This document shows, in pieces, positions 36,348-45,092 of a DNA stretch of 64,000 nucleotides; the first letter of the stretch is position 1; each line of letters starts with the position of its first letter. The stretch comes from Rhodospirillaceae bacterium (GTDB taxonomy: Bacteria > Pseudomonadota > Alphaproteobacteria > UBA828): positions 12,557 through 76,556 of the forward strand of contig JABIXB010000250.1 in the NCBI GenBank assembly GCA_018666805.1, given 5' to 3'. Below the pieces are notes generated by a model. It saw nothing but the letters and a program-made list of their open reading frames with translations. It had not been told where the DNA came from and ran no database searches. The position numbers and the translations under genes were made by a program.

Positions 36348-37670
36348 TCACCAATTCATGAACGCCTGGACGCTCTCGTCGCTGACAACGCCTTTGGCGA
36401 CATCGCTCAGCGTGCGGTCGATAATATCGAGCCCTTCCTCGATCTCCGCTTCGCTCACGGTGAGCGGCGGCGTGATCTCCAGCACATTGGCGGAAAGGCC
36501 GACATAGATGAAATTCGCGCCCAATTCATAGGCGCGGTAGATGATCTTGGCGGTGGTTGTGGCGGGAACCGGCTCTCGGGTGTCGCGCGAGGTCACCAGA
36601 TCCACGCCAATTGCCAGGCCACGCCCGCGCACATCGCCGATGATTTCATGGCGTTCGGCGAGTTTGGCAAAGCCGGCACTCATCTTTGCGCCCATCACGG
36701 CGGCCTGTGCCGGCAGGTCTTCGTCGATGATGGTGTTGAGCACCGCGTGTGCCGCCGCCGTACAGACTGGATTGCCGGCCGTTGTCTGGATGGCGAAGGC
36801 CGGGGCGTGGTCGAGGATTTCAGCCGGGCCGACGAGGGCCGATATCGGCATGCCGCCGCCGAGGCCTTTGCCAAACACGACCATGTCCGGTTCGAGATTG
36901 TCATGCTGATAGGCGTGCAGCTTGCCCGAACGCCCGAGCCCGACCTTGACCTCATCCAGCACGACGAGAATGCCGTGCTTGCGGCAGCGCTCTTGTATCG
37001 CCTGCATAAAGCCTTCGGGCGGCACGATAAGTCCGCCGTCGGAGAGGATCGGCTCGATGAAAATCGCCGCGACCTGCTCCGGCGGGCAGGTCGTCTCGAA
37101 CTGGTAGTCGAGCATGGCGAGCACTTCGTCGGCGGAGAATTTCGGCCGGAAAGGGTCCGGGTAGGGCAGCAGCACCAAACCTGGGCGTGGCAGGGTATGG
37201 GTCATGGCGGTATGGCCGGAAATACTCATCGAGCCGGCGAGACAGCCGTGATAGGAACCGATAAAGGAGATAAACCGGCCGCGCCCGGTGGCGGCGGAAG
37301 CAACCCGCATGGCGGCGTCATTGGCGTCCGAGCCCGAATGGCCGTACCAGACGCGCCGCTCGCCCTTGCCCGGTGTTGCCGCCAGCAGGCTTTCCGCCAA
37401 CGCTGTCGCCGGCTCATTCGGGATCATCAGCAGGCTGGCGCCGGCCATGTCGCTGGCCGCCTTGGTGATCGCTTCGATCACCGCCGGATGGCCATAGCCG
37501 AGGCTGGCGGCGGTGGCCGAGGCGGAGAGATCGAGAATGCGCCTGCCGTCTTCTTCGTGCAGGTAGGATCCGCTGCCGCCTTTTGCCGCGAGCGGGTTGA
37601 AGCGCAATGTCATTATTTGCGCGATCGTCCCCGCGTCGCGCGCCACCAGGGAGTTCTTGTCTGCGCCCAT
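36348..37670 (-). CDS. class III (omega) aminotransferase, aspartate aminotransferase family protein
   Basis: 440 aa with class III AT patterns (GHSGSDANDAAMR, DEVKVGLGRSGKLHAYQH with PLP-Lys, VFGKGLGGGMPI). GGAGG SD. Confidence 0.8.
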   Translation of the reverse strand: MGADKNSLVARDAGTIAQIMTLRFNPLAAKGGSGSYLHEEDGRRILDLSASATAASLGYGHPAVIEAITKAASDMAGASLLMIPNEPATALAESLLAATPGKGERRVWYGHSGSDANDAAMRVASAATGRGRFISFIGSYHGCLAGSMSISGHTAMTHTLPRPGLVLLPYPDPFRPKFSADEVLAMLDYQFETTCPPEQVAAIFIEPILSDGGLIVPPEGFMQAIQERCRKHGILVVLDEVKVGLGRSGKLHAYQHDNLEPDMVVFGKGLGGGMPISALVGPAEILDHAPAFAIQTTAGNPVCTAAAHAVLNTIIDEDLPAQAAVMGAKMSAGFAKLAERHEIIGDVRGRGLAIGVDLVTSRDTREPVPATTTAKIIYRAYELGANFIYVGLSANVLEITPPLTVSEAEIEEGLDIIDRTLSDVAKGVVSDESVQAFMNW

Positions 37671-37707
37671 TATCGCCTCCGTTCGCCCGCCTGGCTTTAT
37701 TCCCGGT

Positions 37708-39057
37708 TTAACTTATGCCGAGATGTTTGGCTTCGGCGATGATCGCTTTTTCCAGCGTATCGACACAGGTATCGAGTTCGTCTTTGCTGGCGATATAAGG
37801 CGGCGACATTTCCACCGCCGTTCCTTCCTCGCCGATCAGCACACCCATATCGCGGCAGCGGTGGACAATGCGCTTGATGGTGCCGTCCTTGAACGGCGCC
37901 TTGGTCTTTTTATCGGATGTGAAATCGACGCAGGTCCACATGCCGAGGCCGCGCACATCGCCGACAATCGGCAGGTCGCGCAGGCGCTGCAATTGTTCGA
38001 GAAAATGCGCGCCATGTTCGGCGCTCTGGGTGATCAAGTCATTTTTCTCGATATAGCCGATCGTCGCCAGACTGGCGGCGCAGGCCGCCGGGTGGCCCTG
38101 ATAGGTTTGCAGATGCGAGAAAATCGGCAAAGTGTCGGCAATTTTCTGCGTCACCGTCGAGGCGCCGAGCGGCGCATAGCCGCCGGTGATCGCCTTGGCG
38201 GTCGACATAATATCGGCCTCGATGCCCCAATGCTCCATGGCGAACCATTTGCCGGTGCGGCCGAAACCGGTGATCACCTCGTCGGCGATCAGCAGCACAT
38301 CATATTTGTCGCACACCGCGCGTACCTTTTTGAAATAATCGTCCGGCGGTACCTGCGCGCCATCGCCCTGCATGACCGGCTCGGCGATGAATGCGGCGAC
38401 ATATTCCGGCCCTTCATGGATAATTTCCTGCTCAAGATAATCGACACAGAAATCGCACACTTCGGACGCATCCATGCCGAATGGCGTGCGGTAGAGGAAG
38501 GGTGCGGGAATGCGCCTGTGGCCGGGAACGCCGGGCTCGGTGATATGGCGCGTGCCCAATATGTCGGTGGCGCCGATCGCGCCCATGGTGGCGCCGTGAT
38601 AGGCGTCCCAGCGCGAGATGATCTTGCGCGCATAGGGTTTGTCGCCCTTATGAATGTGATATTCGCGCGCGAATTTAAACGAATTCTCGTTCGCCTCGGA
38701 GCCCGAGCCGCCGAAGGTCGACGCGGTCAATTCACCCGGCGCCAATTCCGCGATTTTGGCCGAAAGCTTTACCGTGACATCGGCAACATGGGCGAAGGTG
38801 CCGGCATAATGCAGCTCCATCAACTGGTCATAGACTGCCTTGGCAATATATTCATTGGCGAAGCCGAGCGAGCTGGCGCGGGTGTTGGTGCTCAACATAT
38901 CGAGATAGGATTTGTCCATGATGTCGGTCATCATCATGCCCTTGCCGGACTTGAAGATGATCGGATCGCCGGAATTGACGTCCGTTTTGGACACCAGCGG
39001 AAACACATAGTGGTCGAGCGCTTCGCGCGTGACGGAATCGATATTTTTGAGGTCCAT
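37708..39057 (-). CDS. class III (omega) aminotransferase, aspartate aminotransferase family protein (second paralog)
   Basis: 449 aa with class III motifs (GGSGSEANENSFKFAR, LIADEVITGFGRTGKWFAMEHWG, STAKAITGGYAPLG). GGGAGA SD. Confidence 0.8.
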   Translation of the reverse strand: MDLKNIDSVTREALDHYVFPLVSKTDVNSGDPIIFKSGKGMMMTDIMDKSYLDMLSTNTRASSLGFANEYIAKAVYDQLMELHYAGTFAHVADVTVKLSAKIAELAPGELTASTFGGSGSEANENSFKFAREYHIHKGDKPYARKIISRWDAYHGATMGAIGATDILGTRHITEPGVPGHRRIPAPFLYRTPFGMDASEVCDFCVDYLEQEIIHEGPEYVAAFIAEPVMQGDGAQVPPDDYFKKVRAVCDKYDVLLIADEVITGFGRTGKWFAMEHWGIEADIMSTAKAITGGYAPLGASTVTQKIADTLPIFSHLQTYQGHPAACAASLATIGYIEKNDLITQSAEHGAHFLEQLQRLRDLPIVGDVRGLGMWTCVDFTSDKKTKAPFKDGTIKRIVHRCRDMGVLIGEEGTAVEMSPPYIASKDELDTCVDTLEKAIIAEAKHLGIS

Positions 39058-39164
39058 GACGTATCTCCCTAATGCCAGGCTTATTCGCCCAATTTACGTT
39101 TCAATATCATGTTATCGCTCATTGGTCTATAAAATAGACCATTACGCATCCGCCCCCGCCACCG

Positions 39165-39944
39165 CTAGGCATCCGCCATCGCGGCGGGGCTCTCCGGCAG
39201 GATTTGACCGCCGTCGACAACCAATATTTGCCCGGTGACATAGCGCGCCTGATCGGAGGCGAAATAGAGTAGGGCATAGGCGATATCTTCCGGATCGCCG
39301 ATATAGCCGGCCGGGATGATCTGGCGCACTTCCTCGAGCGCTTCGCCGCCCAATTCCTGCAAGCCTTCGGTCATGATCGAGCCGGGACTGACGCCATTGA
39401 CGGTGATGTTGTATTTCGCCAATTCGAGCGAGGCGCCGCGGATAAAGGCGTTGGCGCCGCCTTTCGAAGCCATGTAATGGCAAAGTCCGGGCCAGCCGAC
39501 TTGCGGGCCGGTGATCGAAGAGACCACGACAATGCGCCCGCTCTTCTGTTTTTTCATCTGTGGGATGCAGGCTTGCGTGCCGAACAGGATGCCCTTCAGG
39601 TTGGTGTCGAGCACATCATCCCACATTTCCTCGCTCATATCGCCGAGCAGCGCTTGCGGATAGATGCCGGCATTCATGCAAAGAATGTCGATGGCGCCAA
39701 AACTCTCGAGGCAGGCGGCGGCCATGTTTTCCATGTCGGCTTTGCTTTTGACGTCACCGAGGCACAGCACCGCTTTGCCGCCCTTGGCCGTGATCTCGTC
39801 CACCACCTTTTGCCCGGCGGCTTCGCTGCGGTTGACCACCAACACATTGGCGCCCTCATCGGCAAAAACATGGGCGACGCCGCGCCCGATACCGCGCCCC
39901 GCGCCAGTGACGATGGCGGTTTTTCCTTGCAAGCTAATTGTCAT
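39165..39944 (-). CDS. SDR-family oxidoreductase (FabG-like)
   Basis: Start ATG 39944 (MTISLQGKTAIVTGAGRGIGRG) with GGGAGAG SD. Catalytic YxxxK (YMASKGG). The track ORF extends 240 codons further upstream through GC-rich, repeat-containing non-coding sequence and was trimmed. Confidence 0.8.
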   Translation of the reverse strand: MTISLQGKTAIVTGAGRGIGRGVAHVFADEGANVLVVNRSEAAGQKVVDEITAKGGKAVLCLGDVKSKADMENMAAACLESFGAIDILCMNAGIYPQALLGDMSEEMWDDVLDTNLKGILFGTQACIPQMKKQKSGRIVVVSSITGPQVGWPGLCHYMASKGGANAFIRGASLELAKYNITVNGVSPGSIMTEGLQELGGEALEEVRQIIPAGYIGDPEDIAYALLYFASDQARYVTGQILVVDGGQILPESPAAMADA

Positions 39945-40014
39945 GATACGTGTCTCTCCCTGGACATTGCTACTTTGCCTGATAATGGAGCGGCTTGCGC
40001 CTGAAAATGCAATG

Positions 40015-40043
40015 CAAATCAGGTGGCAAATCAGGTGGCAAAC
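40015..40043. repeat. tandem direct repeat, about 2.4 copies of a 12-mer (caaatcaggtgg)
   Basis: Read directly: gcaaatcaggtg-gcaaatcaggtg-gcaaacg, in the divergent intergenic region between the SDR (-) and amidohydrolase (+) genes. Confidence 0.85.
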
Positions 40044-40082
40044 GAGCGCAGACAGAAAGCTCCGTGAAATACGCGAAGATGG

Positions 40083-40118
40083 ATCGACAGGGACATCGAC
40101 AGGGACGTCGACAGGGAC
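40083..40118. repeat. tandem direct repeat, 3 copies of a 12-mer ((a/g)tcgacagggac)
   Basis: Read directly: atcgacagggac-atcgacagggac-gtcgacagggac, 58 nt upstream of the amidohydrolase start. Each unit contains a GTCGAC/ATCGAC core. Confidence 0.85.
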
Positions 40119-40175
40119 GGTGGATTTGGCGACAATCCGCCGGCAATTATCGGCCAGCGAAATGGGAATTCCACA

Positions 40176-41324
40176 ATGAGCAACGAAATTGGCGCAAACG
40201 TGCCGCTTATCGATCATCATTGCCATGGCATCATGCCCGGCGAATTGTCGCTCGAGCAGTTTGAGGATGGCATGAGCGAGGCCTTTGCCCCCGCACCCGC
40301 CGGCACCAGCCATTGGGACAAGCCGGTGGCGATCTCCATCCGGCGCTGGTGTGCGCCGCTCTTGGATTTGCCGAAATTCGCGGCTGGTGAGGATTATGTC
40401 GCGCGCCGGGCCGAGCTCGGTGCGCAAGAGGTCAACCAGCGCTTCCTGCGCGCCGCCGGTTTTGAAATGCTGCTTGTCGATTCCGGTAACCGCCCGGAAG
40501 AGCTCTGCTCGATCGAAGAAGTCGGCGAGATTGCCGGCGTGCCGTCGCGCGAAGTGGTGCGCATGGAATCGGTCGCCGAGCGGGTGATGGCGGCGGGCGG
40601 CGTTACGGCATCCGGCTATGCCGAAGCCTTCGAGGCGGAGCTGCGCGCTTCGCTGCACGATAATGTGGTTGGGCTGAAGACCGTCGCTGCTTACCGTTCA
40701 ACGCTGGCGATCGATTACAGCCCGCCGGGGCCGGGCGAAGTCGAGCGCGCCGCCGGCGCCTGGCTGGCGGAAATCGAAGCCACCGGCAAAGTGCGCATCA
40801 CCGATGCCGTGCTTGAGCGCCATCTGCTCTGGCTCGGCGCCGATATCGCGCGCGAGAAGGGCTATCCGGTGCAATTCCATATCGGCATCGGCGATCCGGA
40901 TATCGAGCTCAACAAGGTCGATCCCAGCCTACTCACGCCGTTCCTCCGCGCTGCCGAGGCGTGGCAGTTTCCCATTACCCTGTTGCATTGCTATCCCTTC
41001 CACCGTCATGCCGGGCTGATCGCTGAGAATTTCCCGTTTGTCTATTTCGATGTCGGATTCGTGCAGAATTGGGCCGGGCCGAGCTATCAGCGCATCATGG
41101 ATGAGGCGCTTGAACTCGCGCCCTTCACCAAGCAGCTTTACAGCTCCGACGCGTTCGGCTTTTCCGAGCTTTACTATCTCGGCGCTCTCCGTTTCCGCAC
41201 CAGCCTGGCGCGTGCGCTCGGCGGTTGGATCGAAGCCGATGAATTGCCTGCGGCTGAGGCCGAGCGCATCATGGATTTGATCGGACGCGGCAATGCGCGG
41301 CGCATCTATCCGCTCGGCGACTGA
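40176..41324 (+). CDS. amidohydrolase-2 family metal-dependent hydrolase (TIM barrel)
   Basis: N-terminal IDHHCHG metal-binding motif and later HIGIGD. 382 aa. Weak SD. Confidence 0.65.
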   Translation: MSNEIGANVPLIDHHCHGIMPGELSLEQFEDGMSEAFAPAPAGTSHWDKPVAISIRRWCAPLLDLPKFAAGEDYVARRAELGAQEVNQRFLRAAGFEMLLVDSGNRPEELCSIEEVGEIAGVPSREVVRMESVAERVMAAGGVTASGYAEAFEAELRASLHDNVVGLKTVAAYRSTLAIDYSPPGPGEVERAAGAWLAEIEATGKVRITDAVLERHLLWLGADIAREKGYPVQFHIGIGDPDIELNKVDPSLLTPFLRAAEAWQFPITLLHCYPFHRHAGLIAENFPFVYFDVGFVQNWAGPSYQRIMDEALELAPFTKQLYSSDAFGFSELYYLGALRFRTSLARALGGWIEADELPAAEAERIMDLIGRGNARRIYPLGD

Positions 41325-41327
41325 AAC

Positions 41328-42119
41328 ATGACCGCCAGTCTGATCGGCGCCGGCGATCCGCCGCCATTTGAAAAACTCAATATGGGCGGCAAGGCGGCGC
41401 TGCTACTGATCTGCGATCACGCCAGTTGCGCCATCCCCGAGGCGCTCGACAATTTAGGTATCGCCGAAGAAACTCTGCGTGATCATATTGGCTGGGATAT
41501 TGGCGCCGCGGCTGTCACCCGTCGGCTCGCGCAATTGCTCGATGCCCCGGCGCTTCTGGCCGGCTATTCCCGCCTGCTGATCGATTGCAACCGCCCCGCC
41601 GCCGCGCCCGATCTGGTGCCGCCGCTCGCCGATGGCCGGCCGGTGCCTGGCAATCAGAATATGAGCGGCGCCGATATCGCCGCACGGCGCGAGGCGTTCT
41701 TCGAGCCCTACCATGCGGAGATCCGCGCCGCGCTGGAGGTGTTCTCCGCCGCCGGGCGGATACCGATCCTCGCCGCCATCCACAGCTTCACCCCGGCGAT
41801 GACCTCGGACGATGAGGCGCGCCCGTGGCAGGTGTCGATCTGCTGGGACCGCGATGGCCGCGTTGCCCTGCCGATGCTGGCGGCGCTCAAGGCCGAGGGT
41901 CTGTGCGTCGGCGAGAACGAGCCCTATGGCTTCGATCCGCTATCCGATTTCGCCATTCCCGAATATGGCCTGAAGCGCGGCCTGCCGCATATACTGGTCG
42001 AGATACGCAACGACCAGGTGCGCAGCGACGCGGATATCGAGACTTGGTCCGAGCGCCTCGCCGGCCAATTGACTGCGGCGATGAATGATCCGAAGGCACA
42101 GCGGATCGAATTTTTCTGA
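41328..42119 (+). CDS. N-formylglutamate amidohydrolase (FGase/HutG-like) family protein
   Basis: 263 aa with FGase family patterns (LLICDHASCAIPE, LLIDCNRP, IHSFTP, GENEPY). Start 4 nt after the amidohydrolase stop. Confidence 0.7.
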   Translation: MTASLIGAGDPPPFEKLNMGGKAALLLICDHASCAIPEALDNLGIAEETLRDHIGWDIGAAAVTRRLAQLLDAPALLAGYSRLLIDCNRPAAAPDLVPPLADGRPVPGNQNMSGADIAARREAFFEPYHAEIRAALEVFSAAGRIPILAAIHSFTPAMTSDDEARPWQVSICWDRDGRVALPMLAALKAEGLCVGENEPYGFDPLSDFAIPEYGLKRGLPHILVEIRNDQVRSDADIETWSERLAGQLTAAMNDPKAQRIEFF

Positions 42120-42132
42120 ACATGAGGTAACA

Positions 42133-42663
42133 ATGCCGCTCCTGGAAGATTTCGATTTTGCCTTAGGCGACCAGCTGCTTAAGCAGGTCGATGCTGATCT
42201 ATTTAAAAAAGGTATGCGCCAGCTCACCGCCGGCGTGACCATCGTCACCACCGCGATCGGCAATGAGCGCCGCGGCCTGACGGCAACGGCTGTGTGTTCG
42301 CTCTCGTCCGAACCGCCGACCCTGCTTGCCTGCGTCAACCGCGAAGCTGGCGCGCACGACCCGACCCTGCAAAGCCGGGTTTTTTGCGTTAATCTTCTGG
42401 CTGCCCATCACCGCGACCTCGCGGCGCTGTTCGCCAATCCCGACAAGGTCGAGGAACGTTTCGACAGCGGCGAATGGGGCGTGCTCGAAAGCGGCGCGCC
42501 GGTGCTGATGGACAGCCTCGCCAGCTTCGATTGTATCCTTGGCCAGACCATGCGCGCCGATACCCATACCGTTTTGACGGGCCGGGTGCAGGCGGTACGG
42601 ACCGATGAGAGCCTGGAGCCACTCCTCTATTCGCGCGGCGCGTTCGGCTCTTTCATACCATAA
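42133..42663 (+). CDS. flavin reductase family protein (NAD(P)H:flavin oxidoreductase domain)
   Basis: 176 aa. Flavin reductase-like FMN-binding split-barrel pattern (GVTIVTT...GLTATAVCSLSSEPPTLLACV). GAGG SD. The track start 42085 adds an unsupported leader. Confidence 0.7.
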   Translation: MPLLEDFDFALGDQLLKQVDADLFKKGMRQLTAGVTIVTTAIGNERRGLTATAVCSLSSEPPTLLACVNREAGAHDPTLQSRVFCVNLLAAHHRDLAALFANPDKVEERFDSGEWGVLESGAPVLMDSLASFDCILGQTMRADTHTVLTGRVQAVRTDESLEPLLYSRGAFGSFIP

Positions 42664-42692
42664 TTCAGACGCAACGAACCGGAAGAGACAAC

Positions 42693-43544
42693 ATGAGAAT
42701 CGAAATAGGTGGGGTCAAATTCTTCTTCGATGTCGAGGGCGCGAAAGTGGTGCCCGACGGCCCGGATATGAAGGAGCGCCCGACCCTCGTGTTACTGCAT
42801 GGCGGGCCGGGCTTCGATCATTCACATCTGAAGCCGATCCATTCCGAGCTACAGGATGTCGCCCAACTGGTCTATCTCGAGCATCGCGGCAATGGCCGCA
42901 GCTACCGCTGCACCCCCGAGACCTGGAACCTCGCTCAATGGGGCGATGACGTGCATGCCTTTTGTCAGGCGCTTGAGATCGAAAAGCCGATCGTGCTCGG
43001 CCTCTCGTTCGGCGGCTTCGTTGCGCAAGCCTATGCGACGCGCCACCCCGAGCACCCGGCCAAGCTGATACTCGCCAGCACGGCGGCCAATATGCGCAAT
43101 GACCGTATCGCCGATATGTTCGAGCAGCTCGGTGGCATGGAAGCGCGCAAGCTCGCCGAGGCGTTCTGGGGTGATGCCTCGGACGAAGCGGTCGTCGGCC
43201 CCTATATTGAGACCTGCTTCCCCTATTATAACCAAACGCCGCAGGGCACGGAGCTGATCACCCGGACGATCATGAACTCCGACCTGCTCGGCGATTTCTT
43301 CGGCAAAGGCGGCGAGGGCCAGAGCTTCGATTTCCGCGCCGCCCTCGCCAACATCCAATGCCCAACCCTGGTCATGACCGGCGAGTTCGACCCGGTAACC
43401 CCGGCCACCCAATCGCAGGAAATCGCCGCCGCCATCCCGGACGGCCTGGCCGAGCTCCGCATCTTCAAAGGCTGCGGCCACGGCGTTGAGCGCGACGACA
43501 AGGGTGCCGCGCTGAAGGCGATCCGGGAGTTTATTCTCGCTTGA
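42693..43544 (+). CDS. alpha/beta-fold hydrolase (proline iminopeptidase-like)
   Basis: HGGPG oxyanion motif, GLSFGG nucleophile elbow and C-terminal GCGHG. Confidence 0.75.
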   Translation: MRIEIGGVKFFFDVEGAKVVPDGPDMKERPTLVLLHGGPGFDHSHLKPIHSELQDVAQLVYLEHRGNGRSYRCTPETWNLAQWGDDVHAFCQALEIEKPIVLGLSFGGFVAQAYATRHPEHPAKLILASTAANMRNDRIADMFEQLGGMEARKLAEAFWGDASDEAVVGPYIETCFPYYNQTPQGTELITRTIMNSDLLGDFFGKGGEGQSFDFRAALANIQCPTLVMTGEFDPVTPATQSQEIAAAIPDGLAELRIFKGCGHGVERDDKGAALKAIREFILA

Positions 43545-43553
43545 TGAGGGGCG

Positions 43554-45083
43554 TTAATCCGCCCGCGCGAATAGAATATCGGAGACGGCGCGCTCGAACG
43601 GAACGGCGAGGTTTTTTATCTCGCCGCTTTCGTTTGTCGAGAACGTGACCTCGAGATGGCTGCGCGAGGTGACGGGGATTTTGACAATTTCGAAAATATC
43701 ACCGCGGTAATGGCGGAGCGGCAGGGTGAATTGGCCATATTCCAGCACCAGCCCGTCCGCCGCATAGCTGATGCGTATTTCGCCGTAAGCGGGGTGGTGG
43801 TAGGCGCCGGCGAAATCTACGAGGGCGTGCGTGGGCGGGGCACTGAGATCGCGCGACCGCGCGTGTTGGGCGGCTTCCTGGCGCTTGCCGAATTCCCATT
43901 CGAGATAATCCGAGGCGACCCAATCGTTCCACGGCAGGGGCTTGAGGCCGAGCAGGCGGTCGAACAGGTTGCGCGTGAGGAGGGTCGGCGCCGGGTTGCG
44001 GTCGAGATTGCTGAGCGCGACGACGCCAATGCCGCCAGTGCCGGCATCGGGCAGGAAGGCGAGGAGGGCGACGAAGCCGTCGATGCCCCCGGCATGCCAG
44101 ATAATCTTGTGGCCGCGATAGGTTGAGATGAGGAAGCCCATGCCGTAGCTCGGCGCGCCCAGTGTGTCATATATAGGCGTCTCATCCAGCGCCACGCGCG
44201 GTGTCTGCATGGCTTTGGCTTGCGCCGCGCTGAGCAGTTGCGTGCCGGCATGGCGCCCGCGCTGCATGTGAAAAGCGAGGTAGGACGTCATATCGGCGAC
44301 GGTGGAATTGATCGCGCCGGCGGGCGCAATAGCGGCCATGTTGTAGAACGGAACGCGATGGATTTGACCGGCGCCGATTTCGTAGGGCTTGGCGCGGTTT
44401 GGCTCGCCCTCTGCCGCCGCGAAATCCGTCCGCGCCATGCCAAGCGGGGTGAGCAGGCGGCGCTGGGTAAATTCCTGCCAGCTTTCACCGCTTAGTGCCG
44501 CAGTGATGCGTCCGGTCGCGGCGAACATGAGGTTGTTATATTGCCAGTCTGAGCGGAACGGTGCGCCCGGCGCAAGATGGCGTAAACCAGTGAATAGCTG
44601 GTCGCTATCAAGGCCGCTGCCGTACCACAGCATATCGTGGCGCGCCATGCCGGTGCGGTGGGTGACCATGTCGCGCGCTGTCGTGTGCGCCGTGGCGACC
44701 GGATCGGCCAGGGTGAACGCCGGTAATATTTTGCGCACCGGCTTGTCCCAATCGAGACGGCCTTCATCGACCAACATGGCGAGGCCGGCGACGGTGAAGG
44801 ATTTCGTAATCGAGCCGATGGCAAAGATTGTCTCCGGCGTCGCTGCAATGCCGTCTTCCACATCGCCGAGGCCATAGCCGGCGCAATAGAGCGTCTCGCC
44901 GTCCTGGACGACGCCGAGGGCGAGGCCCGGCACGTGCCAGTCGGCCAAGATTTCGCGGGCAAATTCGTCGAAGCCGGCCAGCGCTTTCGGCGCCGGTCCG
45001 CTCGGGCAGGCGGCAAAAGCCGCGCCCGGCAGGGCGGCGAACAGAATCAGGAGCAGGACAGCGAAGGCGCGTAGGGCGGCCAC
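43554..45083 (-). CDS. secreted serine hydrolase, beta-lactamase/transpeptidase-like (class C beta-lactamase / D-aminopeptidase family)
   Basis: N-terminal signal peptide (LLLILFAALPGAAFA), SxxK motif (GSITKSF) and YxN-like region. 509 aa with a C-terminal extra domain. Confidence 0.75.
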   Translation of the reverse strand: MAALRAFAVLLLILFAALPGAAFAACPSGPAPKALAGFDEFAREILADWHVPGLALGVVQDGETLYCAGYGLGDVEDGIAATPETIFAIGSITKSFTVAGLAMLVDEGRLDWDKPVRKILPAFTLADPVATAHTTARDMVTHRTGMARHDMLWYGSGLDSDQLFTGLRHLAPGAPFRSDWQYNNLMFAATGRITAALSGESWQEFTQRRLLTPLGMARTDFAAAEGEPNRAKPYEIGAGQIHRVPFYNMAAIAPAGAINSTVADMTSYLAFHMQRGRHAGTQLLSAAQAKAMQTPRVALDETPIYDTLGAPSYGMGFLISTYRGHKIIWHAGGIDGFVALLAFLPDAGTGGIGVVALSNLDRNPAPTLLTRNLFDRLLGLKPLPWNDWVASDYLEWEFGKRQEAAQHARSRDLSAPPTHALVDFAGAYHHPAYGEIRISYAADGLVLEYGQFTLPLRHYRGDIFEIVKIPVTSRSHLEVTFSTNESGEIKNLAVPFERAVSDILFARAD

Positions 45084-45092
45084 GTTGCCGGG

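Noticed and set aside
36648-39072. Plus-strand ORFs 36648-37742 and 37597-39072
   Set aside because: Antisense to the two class-III aminotransferase genes, which carry PLP-Lys and other family motifs. Shadows.
39945-40658. N-terminal 240-codon extension of the SDR ORF (track ORF 39165-40658)
   Set aside because: The extension reads through the repeat-containing intergenic spacer (translating as VPVDVPVDVPVD and HLICHLIC from the tandem repeats). It has no SDR homology. The true start is the SD-preceded ATG at 39944.
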